A stretch of 64,000 bases of DNA from a virus. Below are positions 61,134 through 64,000 of the stretch, one piece after another. Under the pieces are notes generated by a model, which had not been told where the DNA came from, did no database searches, and saw nothing but the letters and a program-made list of their open reading frames with translations. Every line of letters begins with the position of its first letter. Positions within the stretch are counted from its first letter, which is position 1. The stretch covers positions 78,626 to 142,625 of IMG/VR virus record IMGVR_UViG_3300045988_070909. One strand, written 5' to 3'. Position numbers and translations under genes: made by a program.

Positions 61134-62970
61134 ATGGCAGCAATCAAATCTATAAAGGTTGGGGAAACCACATACGATTTAAAAGCTACTTACGATGGTG
61201 CTGGAAATGTTATAGATACGACATATGCCAAAGCTAATGCAATTCCAACTAAAACTTCTTAGTTACAGAATGATAGTGGATATTTGACTGAGCATTAGGA
61301 TATTAGTGAATTAGCTACTAAGGGTGAGCTTGAAGGCAAAGTAGATAAGGAGTTAGGAAAGGGACTTTCTGAAGCCAATTATACTGAAACTGAGAAGGAA
61401 AAGTTAAGTACTATAGCTAATAATGCTAATAATTATGTACACCCAACTACTTCTGGAAATAAACATATTCCATCTGGAGGAGCGTCTGGATAGATGCTAG
61501 TTTTCTCAGCAGATGGTACTGCTAAATGGGCAGATTCAAGTTCTAAGCTAGAAGAGCAATTTACAGCACTAAATGAGGCTTGGGAAGAATTGTAGAAGGC
61601 ACAACAAAAGCTTGATAAGTAGGTTACTGAGCTAAATAGTAATATGGATTTATATTCCTATGGAGTAGAATGGGATGTTACAGTAGCATCTCCGGAACTT
61701 ACTAGAATAGGTAATCCTTTGTTGCATAAATCTCTTCCTATTCAGTCAGCGTATAGAGGTTGTGTAGCAAACAATGATGTAGTAAATTACTATCTGTTTC
61801 CAGATGACTGGTCTTATAAAGAAGACGGCGAAACTCCATCTGTCTTAGATGGAACTGATGGAACAGTAAGAGTTAATACTCCTAAATTTTATGGAAAATC
61901 TGGCAGCGATGGAAACAAAAGATGGGTTAGAACTTCTACTGTCAAAATTGATGATTCATGGGTAGAAATTCCTGAACTATTAATAGATGCATACAGAAGT
62001 ACAGTTGATACCACAGTCTCCGCAACTCCAAAAGCTGTATCAGTAGTTAATACTACTACTGCATTTAGAGGTGGAGGAAATAGAGCTAACTACGATGATT
62101 ATCTAACTACAGAATTAGAAACTAAGGATATATTCAGAAGTGATTTAGGAAAGCCTAGAACTAATATTTCTAGAGCTACTATGAGAACATATGCAACAAA
62201 TGCTGGTTCAGAATTGCTATGCTATGAATATTACAAATGGATATTCTACTGGAATTATGTCATTGAATATGCTAATTTTAATTCTTAGGCTGCATATAAT
62301 GCAGAGTTAACTGCAGATGGATATCATCAAGGAGGTTTAGGATCTGGAGTTACAGATTGGGCTAACGCAGCTACAAGTTGGTCAGGGTATAATGCAACAT
62401 ATCCACTTACACCTTGTGGTTACTGCAATGAACTTGGTAACTTCACTGGAGTAAAAGATTTAGTTATTCCAGAATGTACAGCTCAAGATGGCACAAATAC
62501 AGTAGCAACTCATACATTTAAAGTACCTCGCTGGAGAGGATTCGATAATCCGTTTGGAGACATTTGGACTAACCTGGACGGAGTAGTTATAGTGAAAGCA
62601 GCTGCTAATGAGATTAGCACTGTCTATACAACTACTAACATATCGGAATTTACAGACGTAGTTGGAGAGAAAACCGTTGCAGGATACGAAGTAGCATCGG
62701 ATGGTTATATTAAGGCATTTGACTTAGGTGAAACCGCTGAAATAATTCCATCCGCTGTTGGAGGAAGTGCTACTACTTATATTTGCGATTACCATTACTG
62801 CAACGCAAACAGCACAGCGCTTCGCACGCTGCGGGTGGGCGGCGACGCGCTCGCCGTCGGCGTTCTCGATCCACGCAGGCCCTGCGGGTCTCAGCTGTTT
62901 CTTTTCTTTCTTTGGCGTCGACAATGCCTCTTCCACTGTCGGGATCAGGACTCTGAATAGAGTATCTTAA
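61134..62970 (+). CDS. DGR target: tail-fibre/receptor-binding-like protein with C-terminal VR1 (TAG-recoded; apparent frameshift inside the VR)
   Basis: Frame 0 runs from ATG 61134 through track ORFs 61644-62288 and 62592-62960; VR1 lies in the last ~40 codons; the AAY-register continuation ends at TAA 62968-62970. Confidence 0.6.
62838..62943 (+). repeat. DGR variable repeat VR1 (contains a ~19-nt insertion relative to the template repeat)
   Basis: GC-rich island; the 3' ~60 nt align to the template repeat with mismatches almost only at template adenines (one G/A exception). Confidence 0.75.
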
Positions 62971-63057
62971 GATATACAATATAAAAATCGATTTAGATGA
63001 TAAATCGTAGGATATTACTTCTAAAAACCGTTGATTGGCAAAAAAGTACTGCTAGTA

Positions 63058-63144
63058 GGCAGCAACGCGAATAATGGCAGCAATGCAGGTCTCAGCTATT
63101 TCAATTCTAACAATGACGTCAGCAATGCCAATTCCAATGTCGAG
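63058..63144 (+). repeat. DGR template repeat (TR)
   Basis: A-rich non-coding repeat upstream of the RT gene; its in-register translation is Asn-codon rich (GSNANNGSNAGLSYFNSNNDVSNANSNVE). Confidence 0.85.
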
Positions 63145-63287
63145 TTATTATATATTTAGAAACATTTTATTATTTTTTTTTAGTTTGCTAAGTAATATCC
63201 TTGCCTCTAGGCAAAAGATAACGTAGTGTTGAATGAAGGGTGTTAGTAGGTTAATTCTCGAACGCTTCCGATGAAATATATAAAAAA

Positions 63288-64000
63288 TTGAAACGTGTAG
63301 GATATTTGCACGAGAAAGTATACGCTGAAGATAACATCGAACTAGCTGACGATAAAGCCAGAAGAAATAAGTCTATTAGATGTGGAATCAAGCAGCATGA
63401 TAAGAATAGATTAAAAGAAAATAAGGAATTATCCGATAAGTTAAGGGATTTGATTTATCAACCCTCTGAATATAGTACCTTTATAATATACGAACCTAAA
63501 GAAAGATTAATCTTTAGACTTCCATACTATCCAGATAGAATAACTCACCATGCTATAATGAATATTATGGAGCCTATTTGGACTAGTATATTTATAGACC
63601 AAACATATTCCTCTATACGAAATAGAGGTATTCATAAAGTAGAGTATGATTTGTTTAAGGTGTTATAGAAACATCCAGAAGAAACAAAGTATTGCTTGAA
63701 AATGGATATAAAAAAATTCTATCCTTCTATAACTCACGACATTTTATACGAAATGTTATAGAGAAAGATAAAGGATAAAAAACTATTAAAACTGTTGAAA
63801 GAAATAATTTATTCAGCGAAGGGAGTTCCTATTGGAAATTATCTATCACAATTCTTTGCAAATTTATATCTGACATATTTTGACCACTGGGTAAAAGAGG
63901 AGTTAAAATGTAAGTACTACTTTCGATATGCTGACGATATTGTGATTCTTGGTAATGACAAGAATTATTTGAGAAATGTATTAGTATCTATAAAACTATA
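63288..64000 (+). CDS. DGR-type reverse transcriptase (partial, continues past the window; in-frame TAGs at 63667 and 63757)
   Basis: IGNYLSQFFANLYL (DGR-type [I/V]GxxxSQ motif rather than group-II QGxxxSP) and YADDIVIL catalytic motif; the frame stays open across two TAG codons. Confidence 0.85.

Larger units (their letters stand above)
62838..64000 (+). mobile_element. diversity-generating retroelement cassette (VR1, TR, RT), partial at the window end
   Basis: Order VR then TR then RT; adenine-specific VR/TR mismatches. Confidence 0.8.

Noticed and set aside
49000-62300. Reading the ORF-poor 49-62 kb stretch as non-coding or decayed DNA
   Set aside because: Codon-by-codon reading gives long, homologous proteins (terminase, portal, fibres) if TAG is sense. 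The stretch is coding, under an alternative genetic code.
62724-62979. Minus-strand ORFs 62724-62936 and 62773-62979 over VR1
   Set aside because: Same GC-rich-VR artefact, antisense to the tail-fibre gene. The plus-strand ORF 62758-62970 is kept as the shifted continuation of VR1.
62973-63057. Looked for an accessory variability determinant (avd) ORF between VR1 and TR, or between TR and RT
   Set aside because: The spacers (about 85 nt and 140 nt) are too short for a ~110-aa avd. None is present in this window.

Overview
This 64 kb window reads as a large, AT-rich phage genome (crAss-like/Bacteroidota-phage style) with two oppositely oriented gene blocks. Block 1 (1-44,000, almost all minus strand) carries early/accessory genes: an NAD+ salvage module (NAMPT and PRPP synthetase), RNase H, an AAA ATPase, an OmpA-like protein, two SPFH proteins (a flotillin/NfeD pair plus a prohibitin-like lipoprotein), HNH and GIY-YIG homing endonucleases, and about 27 tRNA genes plus a tmRNA. 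Block 2 (44,000-64,000, plus strand) is a late/structural block (TerL, portal, tail-fibre-like proteins) whose genes are full of in-frame TAG codons while TAA/TGA terminate genes, so TAG is read as a sense codon (probably Gln). A Gln-derived suppressor tRNA (anticodon CUA) sits at the strand-switch point, and a second tRNA carries a UUA anticodon. The window ends with a diversity-generating retroelement (DGR): a TAG-recoded reverse transcriptase (truncated by the window end), an 87-nt template repeat, an adjacent variable repeat (VR1) in a tail-fibre-like gene, and a second, remote variable repeat (VR2) 28 kb away on the opposite strand that matches the template repeat perfectly except at adenine positions. 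Other oddities are a tRNA(CAU) split by an about 700-bp HNH-encoding insertion, a tRNA-Asp with a duplicated 3' half, and homopolymer-linked frameshifts. Coordinates of tRNA genes, repeats and recoded genes were derived by eye and are approximate (+/- a few nt).
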